In this document: positions 50,901 to 60,121 of the stretch, piece after piece
Layout: each line of letters begins with the position of its first letter
Position numbering within the stretch: the first letter of the stretch is position 1
NCBI GenBank assembly: GCA_943842425.1
Contig: CALTBR010000002.1
Span: forward strand, 408,970-472,969
From: an uncultured Flavobacteriales bacterium
Lineage (GTDB): Bacteria; Bacteroidota; Bacteroidia; Flavobacteriales_D; Sanyastnellaceae
Reading direction: 5' to 3'
DNA length: 64,000 nt
Position numbers and translations under genes: made by a program
Notes under the pieces: model-generated
What the model was told of the DNA's origin: nothing
Database searches by the model: none
The model's input: only the letters and a program-made list of their open reading frames with translations

Positions 50901-51785
50901 ATGACTCTTGAAAAAAAGCCTTCTTTTCTCAAAGATATCGCCACCTTATTCAAGGTTCGCCTAGGATTTTTCGTGGTCTTGTCAGCCGTTTTAGGCTGGT
51001 TTATGGGCGTTGAGACGATAGACACAAAGTCCATGATGCTACTCGCTATTGGGGGCTACTTACTCACTGGAGCATCTAACGGCTTAAACCAAATCATTGA
51101 GCGTGATACTGATGCTATTATGTCGCGCACAAAAAACCGTCCACTTCCAACTGGGAGGATGAGTGTTAAAACAGCTCTTTTTCTGAGTATTTCAGCAGGG
51201 ATTGTAGGCATATTTTGCTTAGGCCTACTCAATTACATTGCTGCAATTTTAGGTGTTGTAGCACTCATTCTGTATGCATTTTTCTACACCCCACTAAAAT
51301 CTCGTTCTACGCTGTGCGTTTTTGTAGGAGCCATTCCAGGAGCACTACCTCCTATGATAGGTTATGTCGCTGCGACAGGGGAGCTGGGAATCGAACCATG
51401 CGCTTTATTCGCAGTCCAATTCATTTGGCAATTCCCACACTTTTGGGCAATCGCATGGCTCGCACACGAAGATTACTCAAAGGTGAACTACAGGATGTTG
51501 CCCTTTAATTCAGGCTTATCGAACAGATCAGCTTCTACAATACTCTTGTATGCTTTATTCTGCATTCCAGCTAGCCTTCTTCCTTGGGCTCTTCCAACTG
51601 GCCATCCCATGGTAGGTAACATTGCGCTAATTGTCTCCATCTTAGCTGGACTGGGGTTTTCATGGTATGCCTGGAAACTTTCCATTTCCCTTGACAGAGC
51701 AGATGCCCGCAAATTGATGTTTGCAAGTTTCTTTTACCTGCCAGTAGTCCAAATCATTTACGTCCTCGATAAAACTGCGATATAA
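50901..51785 (+). CDS. cyoE: Protoheme IX farnesyltransferase (heme O synthase)
   Basis: 294 aa in the UbiA family. Has NQIIERDTDAIMSRTKNRPLPTG, and FIWQFPHFWAIAW is typical. Confidence 0.92.
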   Translation: MTLEKKPSFLKDIATLFKVRLGFFVVLSAVLGWFMGVETIDTKSMMLLAIGGYLLTGASNGLNQIIERDTDAIMSRTKNRPLPTGRMSVKTALFLSISAGIVGIFCLGLLNYIAAILGVVALILYAFFYTPLKSRSTLCVFVGAIPGALPPMIGYVAATGELGIEPCALFAVQFIWQFPHFWAIAWLAHEDYSKVNYRMLPFNSGLSNRSASTILLYALFCIPASLLPWALPTGHPMVGNIALIVSILAGLGFSWYAWKLSISLDRADARKLMFASFFYLPVVQIIYVLDKTAI

Positions 51786-51804
51786 TCGTGAAAAAGATAC
51801 TCCT

Positions 51805-52578
51805 ATGGAAAAAGATTCATTAAAAGAAGTTGACCTCATCGTCCGAAATAGGTCGAAGCTAATGATTATGTATTTCATTCTTTTCTCTGTAACGATGTTG
51901 TTCGGAGGTTTGATCAGTGCATATATCGTAAGTAGCACCGGTCAATACTGGGTGCATGTTACTGCACCCGCAACACTTTGGATAAGCAACCTGTTAATTG
52001 TCGCTTCTTCATTCACTCTTATAGCATCAATAAAAGCTATGAAGCGTGGAGAGGTTTCAAAATCTAGATCTACACTTTTCCTGACCGTGGCGCTTGGAAT
52101 CGGCTTTGCTTTTACACAAATAGCAGGCTGGAATTCTCTTGCTGACAATGGTTCTGGATGGGGGACTGAAGCCAATGATGAGGGGTTGGTAGCGTATTCA
52201 TGGAATCGCATCGATGACCTTATAAAAAGTGATGCTGTATATGGAGAAGATTACGACGTTCGAATTAACAATTTAACACTGCTTTACAGCCCTGATTCGA
52301 AGGAACTTTACTCTCCTAACGATCCTCTGATGGTGAAACCTATTACTTCTAAGGTGATTCACATCACGAATTCCAGTGGAAGTTACCTATGGGTTCTCAT
52401 GATGATTCATATCCTTCACTTCTCCTTCGGATTGATATATTTATTTGTAAATATCTATCGTGTTTCGAACGGTACGATCAACCCTGAAGATACAATTAGG
52501 CTTAGAGTTTTAGGAATTTATTGGCATTTCTTAGGTGGGTTATGGCTCTTGCTTTTCACCATGCTTTTCTTATTGTAA
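51805..52578 (+). CDS. Cytochrome c oxidase subunit III-family protein (paralog a)
   Basis: 257 aa with TM helices. The C-terminal YWHFLGGLWLLLF motif is typical of Cox3. It carries an extended soluble loop. Confidence 0.7.
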   Translation: MEKDSLKEVDLIVRNRSKLMIMYFILFSVTMLFGGLISAYIVSSTGQYWVHVTAPATLWISNLLIVASSFTLIASIKAMKRGEVSKSRSTLFLTVALGIGFAFTQIAGWNSLADNGSGWGTEANDEGLVAYSWNRIDDLIKSDAVYGEDYDVRINNLTLLYSPDSKELYSPNDPLMVKPITSKVIHITNSSGSYLWVLMMIHILHFSFGLIYLFVNIYRVSNGTINPEDTIRLRVLGIYWHFLGGLWLLLFTMLFLL

Positions 52579-52678
52579 GAACAGGTAATTTTATTCAAAT
52601 AGTTAGGTAGAATCATTCTTGATAAGCCGCATAATGATGCTAGTTAAAAACAAGGTCTTTCTTTAAGATTTGATTCAT

Positions 52679-52686
52679 TAAATTTG
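52679..52686 (+). promoter_or_regulatory. Possible internal -7 promoter box upstream of coxIII-b
   Basis: TAAATTTG lies 27 nt upstream of the ATG at 52714, within a 135-bp gap. Confidence 0.35.
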
Positions 52687-52713
52687 CGCAACAAATTCGC
52701 AATTATTTGCAAC

Positions 52714-53694
52714 ATGTCAGGACATTCTAACGATAACGTTTCATCTAAAGAACTTTGGGGAGGAGGGCGCTCTCCTTACGGCATTTCCTACGGGAAAATG
52801 TACATGTGGTTCTTCCTCGTATCAGATGCTTTAACATTTGGTGGTCTACTATCAGCTTACGGATTTTCTCGTGCAGCAAGTGAGAGCCAATGGCCTATTG
52901 GTGAGCAAGTTTTCCGTGCTCTCCCAGGATTAGATGGTCAGTACCCACTTATTTATGTGGCACTTATGACATTCATTCTTATCGTTTCATCTGTAACGAT
53001 GGTTCTTGCCGTAGAAGCTGGACACAGAAACGATAAACGAGGTGTTGTTCGATGGATGCTTGCAACTATTGTTGGCGGTATGTTCTTCCTAGGTTCTCAA
53101 GCTTGGGAATGGTCTCACTTTATCCACGGAGGTGGCGGATCTTTCCTTCTCGCCAAAGAAGTCACTGTTACTGGTGAAAACGGCACTCAATACACATTAC
53201 CTGTAGGAGAACCGATCTTTATGGACCATCACTTTGGAGAATTAGCTGAGGGATACGCCAATGGAGACAGTAACGTTATACTTGAAAACGACCACGGCCA
53301 CATCAAGCTTGTTCAGTTTGGAGAGCACACCCACGAAGCAGAGCTTCACTCTCTAACAATCAATAAATATATCATAGGTGAACAAGAAGTTAGTGGAGCT
53401 GATGCATCTGCACTTTGGGACGCTCGTTCGGAATCATTCAAATTCGGAGCTAACATGCACGAGAACGAGTACGCAATGCAACAGAGCTACGCGAATTTTT
53501 TCTTCTTTATTACAGGATTTCACGGATTTCACGTATTCTCTGGAGTGGTAATAAATATTATTATATTCTTTATGGCTCTAAAAGGAGTTTTCGAGAAACG
53601 AGGACACTACGAAATGGTAGAGAAAGTTGGTTTATATTGGCACTTTATCGACCTCGTGTGGGTATTCGTATTTACTTTCTTCTACCTCATCTGA
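52714..53694 (+). CDS. Cytochrome c oxidase subunit III (paralog b) with a large loop insertion
   Basis: Has FLVSDALTFGG, FFLGSQAWEW, FFFITGFHGFHVFSGV and LYWHFIDLVWVFVF. The start is set at MSGHSND. Confidence 0.85.
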   Translation: MSGHSNDNVSSKELWGGGRSPYGISYGKMYMWFFLVSDALTFGGLLSAYGFSRAASESQWPIGEQVFRALPGLDGQYPLIYVALMTFILIVSSVTMVLAVEAGHRNDKRGVVRWMLATIVGGMFFLGSQAWEWSHFIHGGGGSFLLAKEVTVTGENGTQYTLPVGEPIFMDHHFGELAEGYANGDSNVILENDHGHIKLVQFGEHTHEAELHSLTINKYIIGEQEVSGADASALWDARSESFKFGANMHENEYAMQQSYANFFFFITGFHGFHVFSGVVINIIIFFMALKGVFEKRGHYEMVEKVGLYWHFIDLVWVFVFTFFYLI

Positions 53695-53707
53695 TAGCAC
53701 TGAAATC

Positions 53708-54085
53708 ATGGAACGCGACGATTTAATTGTAAACGATAATTACTCTTTAAACGCAACTCACAGCGAGGAAGCAGGAGTTAAGATTCGTAAAAATATCATA
53801 TATGTTACTGTACTTTTAACAGCTATCACAGCTGTAGAGGTGGCTATGGGTATTATCTTCAAAAGAGCTGAAACATATACTTGGGAAGCTATAAAGTGGA
53901 CTTTTGTAGCATTAACTCTAGTTAAAGCAGGATACATTGTAATGAGTTTTATGCACTTAAGTGAAGAAAAAAGTGTCTTGAAAAAGAGTATCCTAATGCC
54001 CTACATCCTGTTCATTATATACCTGTTCTACATTCTAGCTACAGAAGGGTTTGGGCATCTCTTTAACCACAATAGCTTACACTAA
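53708..54085 (+). CDS. Prokaryotic cytochrome c oxidase subunit IV-family small membrane protein
   Basis: 125 aa counted from MERDD, with three hydrophobic helices. It lies directly after coxIII. The track's longer ORF overlaps the coxIII end. Confidence 0.6.
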   Translation: MERDDLIVNDNYSLNATHSEEAGVKIRKNIIYVTVLLTAITAVEVAMGIIFKRAETYTWEAIKWTFVALTLVKAGYIVMSFMHLSEEKSVLKKSILMPYILFIIYLFYILATEGFGHLFNHNSLH

Positions 54086-54103
54086 GACTGGTTTATTAGG
54101 GCA

Positions 54104-55342
54104 ATGCTTAAAAGAATTATTCTGATATTCCTGCTCGTGGGAATACCTCTTTTCGGAATTGTAGTTCTTGGTATTCTTGGAGATCACAGGTTTAATACGC
54201 TGCCTTACTTTACTGAAGAGGGTCCTATAGATACACTTGTTCCAGGAGTTCTTCAGGTCGATGATTTTGAACTTATCAATCATTTAGGCCAACCTTTTGG
54301 ATCTCAAGATTTACAGGGCTCAGTCTGGATTGCAGCTTTTTTCGCTACAGATGCTGAGCATGTTGGTGTGATGACTCGACAACTGCTTTGGCCTAACTTT
54401 AGATACAGAGACAAAAAGGGGATATCTATCGTATGCTTTACCCTCAATCCAGAACACGACACACCTTCAGTACTTGAAGAGTACGTAAATATGAATACTC
54501 GCTATAACGGTGTGGATGACAAATGGCAATTCTTAACAGGCGAAAAAGAAGAAATTGATCGGATTATTCGGGATGAATTTAAAATCAAGCGCGACCCAGA
54601 AGATCCGGAAAATATTGCAACGTTATGGCTTGTAGATTCGAAAGGGTACCTGAGGGGTGTTTACCATGCCGCATCCGAGGATGCACTCAGGGATGCAACA
54701 GAAGATATTGCTCTTCTAAGAAAGGAAATGGACATTAAGGAACACGCTGCAAAAAAACGCGAGAAGGAATTTAAAAATAATCCCCCCACTCCATTGCCGA
54801 TTTTAGGACCGGAAGGACACACCATTCCTTCATTTGCGTTTACTACCATTGACAGTCTCGAGGTTTCTCACCGTGATGTAGAAGGGAAGATTAAAATAGT
54901 TGACTACTTTTTCACTCATTGCCCGACAATCTGCCCAATTCTCAGCTCTCAACTCTCAAGGACTCAGTCAATACTTAGCAAAAAAAGCGTGGGCAATGAG
55001 GATGTAATAATTCTAAGTCACTCTGTTGACCCTGTTCGGGACACACCTGAAAGACTCTCAGAATATGCTGAAAACATGAATGCTGACACATCGGGGTGGA
55101 AGTTTATGACGGGGAATAAAGATGATCTCTACGACCAAGCTCGATACGGATACTATCTTACTGCTATGGAAAGCGATACTGCTGCAGGAGGGTTCTTCCA
55201 TTCTGACACCTTTGTTCTTGTAGATAAACTCGATCGAATACGTGGATATTACGATGGAACATCAACCTATGAAGTTGATGAGATGATTTCTCACGTACTA
55301 CAGTTGTTAGAAGAGGAATCTTTTGAAGGAGGTGTTTATTAA
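54104..55342 (+). CDS. SCO1/SenC-family copper chaperone with two tandem thioredoxin-like domains
   Basis: 412 aa. The second domain has FFTHCPTICP...SVDPVRDTP...H. The first domain has FFATDAEHVGV at the equivalent position and TLNPEHDTP. Confidence 0.8.
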   Translation: MLKRIILIFLLVGIPLFGIVVLGILGDHRFNTLPYFTEEGPIDTLVPGVLQVDDFELINHLGQPFGSQDLQGSVWIAAFFATDAEHVGVMTRQLLWPNFRYRDKKGISIVCFTLNPEHDTPSVLEEYVNMNTRYNGVDDKWQFLTGEKEEIDRIIRDEFKIKRDPEDPENIATLWLVDSKGYLRGVYHAASEDALRDATEDIALLRKEMDIKEHAAKKREKEFKNNPPTPLPILGPEGHTIPSFAFTTIDSLEVSHRDVEGKIKIVDYFFTHCPTICPILSSQLSRTQSILSKKSVGNEDVIILSHSVDPVRDTPERLSEYAENMNADTSGWKFMTGNKDDLYDQARYGYYLTAMESDTAAGGFFHSDTFVLVDKLDRIRGYYDGTSTYEVDEMISHVLQLLEEESFEGGVY

Positions 55343-55358
55343 TTAGAAAAAAAATAGA

Positions 55359-55904
55359 ATGTCAATGAAACTTTCAGACTCTAAATTAAAAATAATTATT
55401 GCGGTAATAACCATCACTATCCCTGCTGTTGTTACACTACTTGCTTACCTTCCTCCTCTTGAATTAGAACCTGATACAGTAGCTAAATTTTACATACTTC
55501 CTAAGATTAATGCCATGATCAATGGGACAGCTTTCTTCGTTTTATTAGGCGCTTGGGTTGCGATAAGATCCGGTAAAATTCAATTACATAAGATGCTTAC
55601 TTCTACAGCAGTAATACTAAGCATTCTATTCCTCGTCAGCTACATTGCCTTTCATTTCACTGTTGCCTCAACTCACTATTGTGGAAGTGAAGAAATGAAA
55701 ATGTTGTATTTTTTCATCCTCATTACACATATCATACTTTCAGCACTTATTGTTCCTCTTGTGATGTTTACCTACGCTAGAGGTTATATGATGCAGGTAA
55801 CCAAACATAAAAAACTAGCACACATTACTTGGCCTTTGTGGCTGTATGTTACTGCTACTGGTGTCATTGTATATTTGATGATCAGCCCCTGTTACCCCGT
55901 ATAA
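55359..55904 (+). CDS. DUF420-family membrane protein (cytochrome-oxidase-cluster associated)
   Basis: 181 aa with four TM helices. It sits in the position after SCO that is typical of Bacteroidota cox clusters. The family call is from recall. Confidence 0.6.
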   Translation: MSMKLSDSKLKIIIAVITITIPAVVTLLAYLPPLELEPDTVAKFYILPKINAMINGTAFFVLLGAWVAIRSGKIQLHKMLTSTAVILSILFLVSYIAFHFTVASTHYCGSEEMKMLYFFILITHIILSALIVPLVMFTYARGYMMQVTKHKKLAHITWPLWLYVTATGVIVYLMISPCYPV

Positions 55905-56135
55905 ATGCAAACCTTCCGACACTTCATACTATTCGTACTTTTTGCGTTATTAGTGGCAGATTTTTATTCGGCTCAATGCGTGATGTGTAAGGCTGTAGGA
56001 GAAGAAAGTGCGAACCAAGGTGGGATAGGATCTGGTTTAAATCAAGGGATTTTTTTTCTTATGGCTGTGCCATACATATTGCTTGGAATAGCTGGCATTG
56101 TACTTTGGAAACATTTTAACAAAGAGGGGAGATAA
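55905..56135 (+). CDS. Small membrane protein (hypothetical)
   Basis: 76 aa with two hydrophobic segments and a CVMC motif. Its start abuts the upstream stop. Confidence 0.5.
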   Translation: MQTFRHFILFVLFALLVADFYSAQCVMCKAVGEESANQGGIGSGLNQGIFFLMAVPYILLGIAGIVLWKHFNKEGR

Positions 56136-56163
56136 TCATCTCTGATGCAAAGTCACGATTGAT

Positions 56164-56171
56164 TAGATTTG
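56164..56171 (+). promoter_or_regulatory. Bacteroidota -7 promoter box upstream of the TolC-family gene
   Basis: TAGATTTG lies 23 nt upstream of the ATG at 56195. It falls inside the track's TTG-extended ORF, which argues for the 56195 start. Confidence 0.45.
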
Positions 56172-56194
56172 TAGATAATATTTCTGCAAGCATC

Positions 56195-57667
56195 ATGAAC
56201 CGTATTTTATCGGCATTTATACTCATAACTGGGTGTTTTACTTTCGCCTCACTTTCTTTTGCCCAAACACCCTGGTCTCTACAAAAATGCATTAATCACG
56301 CATTCGAGCACAATCTTCAGATTAAACAAAGCGACTTGGGTAATGACCAGGCAGAAATAGGGCTTTTAAGCGCTAAAGGTGCATTTCTGCCTTCTATCAA
56401 CACTTCTGGCTCACTTGGGTACAACATCGGAATGACTCTAGATCCTTTCACCAATGAATTCGCTACGGATGCTATACAGTCGAATAGTTTTGGAGTAAGT
56501 TCAGGACTTACGCTGTATAACGGATTCAGGAATCATTTAAATCTCAAGAGAGCAGAAATAGGTTTAGAACTTGCAGCAACAAACCTCGAACGAACCCAAA
56601 ATGATCTTATTCTTTTGATCTCAAGTGCCTATCTCAATGTTCTATTCCAAGAAGAATTCGTGAATATCGCTACTCTTAATCTAGACGCTACGAAAAGGCA
56701 AGTAGATAGAATGACGAAACTCGTTGATGCTGGAGCTGCACCCGCCTCTAACCTACTAGATGTGCAAGCTCAACAAGCTGCTGATTACGCTACGCTCATT
56801 TCAAACGAAAATGCACGCTCTATCGCAAAACTCAATCTCACCCAACTTCTTCAACTCTCACCCGAAGAAGCATCAACATTCGAGATTGTACTACCATCTG
56901 ATTCAGACATGGAATCTTCATCTCTTCCAGCCTCAGCATCTCAAGCTATAAATCACGCCCTGAACTCCTTCCCTGAAATGCGCGCTGCGTCCCTCACCCT
57001 CGAGGATGCAAACGTCAATTTAGATCTTGCGAAAACTGGATATCTACCTCGTTTATTCGGTTCATATAACTTCGGATCAGGATACTCTGCAAATCGACAA
57101 ATCCCTGTAGGAGAACCCACTTATGACTTGGCTGAATTGGGACAATTAGAGGATGGAACTACCGTCTATTATTCAGGTGTCACAGCCGACGGTGCTCAAG
57201 TGATTCCCCTTGTTCCTAATTACTCTGAATATGAAGCTATTTCTTTTTCGGATCAACTTTCTATGAATATCAACCAAAGTATTTTCTTCTCTCTTAGCAT
57301 TCCTGTTTTAAACGGTTTTAATACTCGTTCAGGGGTAAAACAGGCTGAAGTGGGAGTACTTCAATCAAAATACGCTCAGCAGTCGACTAAGCAAGCTTTG
57401 ACTCAAACTATAGAAAGCGCTTGGGCTGATGCTATTGCCTCACAAAAAAACCTCTTAGCACAACAAGCAGCTCTTTCTTCAGCTGAACTTGCATTTGCAA
57501 ACACCAAATTACAATTTGAATCTGGAGCTATTTCCGCTCTTGATTATGCCGATTCAAGAACGCGGTTAGACAACGCTAAAGTGAATATGCTACGAACTAG
57601 ATATGATCTTTTGTTTAAATCGAAGATTTTAGATTTCTATCAGGGGAAGGCCATCACATTACGCTAA
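56195..57667 (+). CDS. TolC-family outer-membrane efflux protein
   Basis: Has signal peptide MNRILSAFILITGCFTFASLSFAQ and a TolC N-terminal segment LQKCINHAFEHNLQIKQ. It shows two-repeat coiled architecture. Confidence 0.88.
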   Translation: MNRILSAFILITGCFTFASLSFAQTPWSLQKCINHAFEHNLQIKQSDLGNDQAEIGLLSAKGAFLPSINTSGSLGYNIGMTLDPFTNEFATDAIQSNSFGVSSGLTLYNGFRNHLNLKRAEIGLELAATNLERTQNDLILLISSAYLNVLFQEEFVNIATLNLDATKRQVDRMTKLVDAGAAPASNLLDVQAQQAADYATLISNENARSIAKLNLTQLLQLSPEEASTFEIVLPSDSDMESSSLPASASQAINHALNSFPEMRAASLTLEDANVNLDLAKTGYLPRLFGSYNFGSGYSANRQIPVGEPTYDLAELGQLEDGTTVYYSGVTADGAQVIPLVPNYSEYEAISFSDQLSMNINQSIFFSLSIPVLNGFNTRSGVKQAEVGVLQSKYAQQSTKQALTQTIESAWADAIASQKNLLAQQAALSSAELAFANTKLQFESGAISALDYADSRTRLDNAKVNMLRTRYDLLFKSKILDFYQGKAITLR

Positions 57668-57678
57668 CAGATAGCACT

Positions 57679-58962
57679 ATGACTAAAAAACACATTTTTA
57701 TCATTCTTGGAGTGGTTCTTATATCACTACTTGTAGTTGCATCACTTTTTGGCGGGAATAGAGAACTTCCTGAGGTGAATACGACAATTGCTGAATTAAA
57801 CACTATCGTTGAAAGGGTTAGTGCTTCAGGTAAAATCCAACCTGAACTTGAAGTTAGTGTCAGTGCCGAAGTCAGTGGACAATTAATCGAGCTACCTGTA
57901 AAAGAAGGTGATGTCGTTGCTGAAGGTGACCTACTTGCCGTAATCAACCCTGACGTGTATATTTCTGCTCGTAACAGAGCTCAAGCAGCTGTTAATACAA
58001 CACTTTCTAATTTATCATCGGCTAAAGCGATGCTTGCATCAAGTGAGTCGGGATATTACGTGGCTGAGAAATCCTGGGATAGAAATCAAATCTTGTTTAA
58101 GAGCGGAGTTGTATCTCAGGCAGAATTTGATCAATCAGAATCTGCATTTAATGCTGCTGAAGCGAACTTAGTAAGTGCTGGAGAAAGTGTTAAAAGTGCT
58201 GAATATTCTATACTTAGCGCTCAAGCATCACTCCAAGAGACATTAGATAACTTATCTAGAACTACGCTACGTGCACCACAGGCAGGGATAGTAACTGCTC
58301 TAGTCAAAGAGGTTGGGGAAAGTGTTCAGGGAAATGGCTTCGTTGCGGGAGAAGTGGTTATGAAAATAAGCAATCTTGGCCTTATGGAGGTAGATATTGA
58401 AGTGAATGAAAGTGACATCGTCAGGGTAAAGATTGGCAACGATGCAGAAATTGAAGTTGATGCATATTTAGACGAAACCTTTAAAGGTCACGTCAGCGAA
58501 ATAGGCAATACTGCTTTAAATGCAGGCGTGAATGGATTTAACCTAGATCAAGTGACTAACTTCTCGGTAAAAGTTAGGATTAGCCCTAATAGCTATGAAC
58601 ATCTATTCAACGATTCTTCAAAATCACAATCACCATTTAGACCTGGAATGAGTGCCACTGTAGATCTGTTAACCAGAAATGTAAAGGATGTTGTCTCAAT
58701 TCCCATTCAATGTGTATCAACACGTAAATCTGAGGACAGTGACGATGCTGAATTAGGTGTTTTTCTGATGGGAGAAGGAGATGAAGTTGTTTGGGGTAAA
58801 GTTAAAACTGGAATTCAAGATAATTTTAATATTGAAATCATATCCGGGTTGAAAGAGGGTGATGTAATCGTGAGCGGACCGTATGATATGGTTTCCAGGA
58901 AGCTCGAAGACGGTGATAAGGTGGAGGTGAAAGAAGATGAAGAAGAAGAAGAATTTGACTAA
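57679..58962 (+). CDS. Efflux periplasmic adaptor subunit (HlyD/MFP family, MacA-like)
   Basis: 427 aa with an N-terminal TM helix. Has a lipoyl-like segment VSAEVSGQLIELPVKEGDVVAEGDLLAVI, a coiled-coil hairpin and a beta-barrel domain. The tail is acidic. Confidence 0.88.
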   Translation: MTKKHIFIILGVVLISLLVVASLFGGNRELPEVNTTIAELNTIVERVSASGKIQPELEVSVSAEVSGQLIELPVKEGDVVAEGDLLAVINPDVYISARNRAQAAVNTTLSNLSSAKAMLASSESGYYVAEKSWDRNQILFKSGVVSQAEFDQSESAFNAAEANLVSAGESVKSAEYSILSAQASLQETLDNLSRTTLRAPQAGIVTALVKEVGESVQGNGFVAGEVVMKISNLGLMEVDIEVNESDIVRVKIGNDAEIEVDAYLDETFKGHVSEIGNTALNAGVNGFNLDQVTNFSVKVRISPNSYEHLFNDSSKSQSPFRPGMSATVDLLTRNVKDVVSIPIQCVSTRKSEDSDDAELGVFLMGEGDEVVWGKVKTGIQDNFNIEIISGLKEGDVIVSGPYDMVSRKLEDGDKVEVKEDEEEEEFD

Positions 58963-59666
58963 TGGGTGTTATTCTTCATTTAGAAACGACAACTCATCAG
59001 TGTGCTGTTGCTCTCTCAAAGTCGGGAAAACTTCTTGCAAACAGATGTGTTCGAGAAAATGGCTATAGTCACGCCGAGAAACTTCAGACGTTTATAGATG
59101 AAGTTTTCATCGAAGCAAACCTAACGCCAGAGGTTCTTTCAGCCGTTAGTGTTTCGGGTGGTCCTGGGTCTTATACCGGGTTAAGAATAGGTGTGGCTGC
59201 AGCTAAAGGACTTTGTCATGCTCTAGGAATTCCTCTTATTTCAGTGGATACGTTGACTGTTCTTGCTATACAAGCGATGGCAAAACAGCCTGGTTTTGAT
59301 GCATACGTACCAATGTTAGATGCAAGAAGAATGGAGGTCTATTCTCGTTGCTTTGACGCTCGACTCAACCACGCTAGTAATATTGAGTCAATCATCGTAG
59401 ATGATAAAAGGAATTTTCCTTGGGATGGGTTGGATAAAATTTGTTTTTCTGGAGATGGGGCGCTAAAGTGCTCTGAAATTCTTTCAGGAAATAACAGAGT
59501 GTTTATTGAAGATTGGCCAACTGCTGAGGCTGCAATTGAGTTAGCTAGCGATAAGTTTAAAAAGGAAATATTTGAGGATATTGCTCTGTATGAACCGACC
59601 TATCTAAAAGAATTTATAGCTGGGAAAGCTAAGGATCCGCTAGGGCTTAGAGGTAGTATACTTTAA
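58962..59666 (+). CDS. tsaB: tRNA t6A biosynthesis protein TsaB
   Basis: 234 aa. Has ILHLETTT, VSGGPGSYTGLRIGVAAAKGL and P.I.V.TL. Confidence 0.88.
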   Translation: MGVILHLETTTHQCAVALSKSGKLLANRCVRENGYSHAEKLQTFIDEVFIEANLTPEVLSAVSVSGGPGSYTGLRIGVAAAKGLCHALGIPLISVDTLTVLAIQAMAKQPGFDAYVPMLDARRMEVYSRCFDARLNHASNIESIIVDDKRNFPWDGLDKICFSGDGALKCSEILSGNNRVFIEDWPTAEAAIELASDKFKKEIFEDIALYEPTYLKEFIAGKAKDPLGLRGSIL

Positions 59667-59676
59667 TTAAAAAAAG

Positions 59677-60105
59677 ATGAGAAAGTTAAAAATTCCACTT
59701 TTGATTGTTGGAGCGTATTTTTTAATGCAATCCTCTTGCGATCAGAATAACCAAAATATTCCATATGTCCCTGTGAATTTTGATATTAATCTGAACCTAC
59801 CTTCATACACCTCCTTAAATTTTCCCGGTGAGCACCTGATTGTTCAAGGAGGTTCTAAGGGAATTATTATTTACAGATACACCATGGATGAATTTGTGGT
59901 ACTCGATAGACACTCAACTTTTGATGTGACACTGGGATGTCATGTGGCTGTTGAGTCAGATGGAATTACCCTTTCTGATGAAAGCGAATGTTCTGATTCA
60001 AAATGGATCATCCTTGACGGATCAGTAATGCAGGGGCCAGCAACTCTACCTCTTCATAGATATAGAACCAATTGGAACCCACCAATACTTCACGTTTACA
60101 ATTAA
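59677..60105 (+). CDS. Small lipoprotein with a Rieske-like fold but degenerate cluster ligands
   Basis: Has lipobox LMQSSC. GCH-x15-CSDS occupies the position of CxH-x15-17-CxxH, and it is followed by the Rieske-typical DGSVMQGPATLPLHRY. Confidence 0.5.
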   Translation: MRKLKIPLLIVGAYFLMQSSCDQNNQNIPYVPVNFDINLNLPSYTSLNFPGEHLIVQGGSKGIIIYRYTMDEFVVLDRHSTFDVTLGCHVAVESDGITLSDESECSDSKWIILDGSVMQGPATLPLHRYRTNWNPPILHVYN

Positions 60106-60121
60106 ATAGTCGCGATAGCTT

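Noticed and set aside
52579-52713. Palindromic elements (TTGCGCAA; TTGCG-n9-CGCAA) between the two coxIII genes, considered as a possible regulator operator
   Set aside because: They are short (5-8 bp), occur once, and could arise by chance in 135 bp. I recorded only the -7-like box there.
58939-58953. A (GAA)5 trinucleotide run (and an (AAG)5-like run at about 62470-62486)
   Set aside because: These encode an acidic tail (EEEEE) of the adaptor and a Lys-rich N-terminus of the ABC exporter. They are coding low-complexity sequence, not independent repeats.
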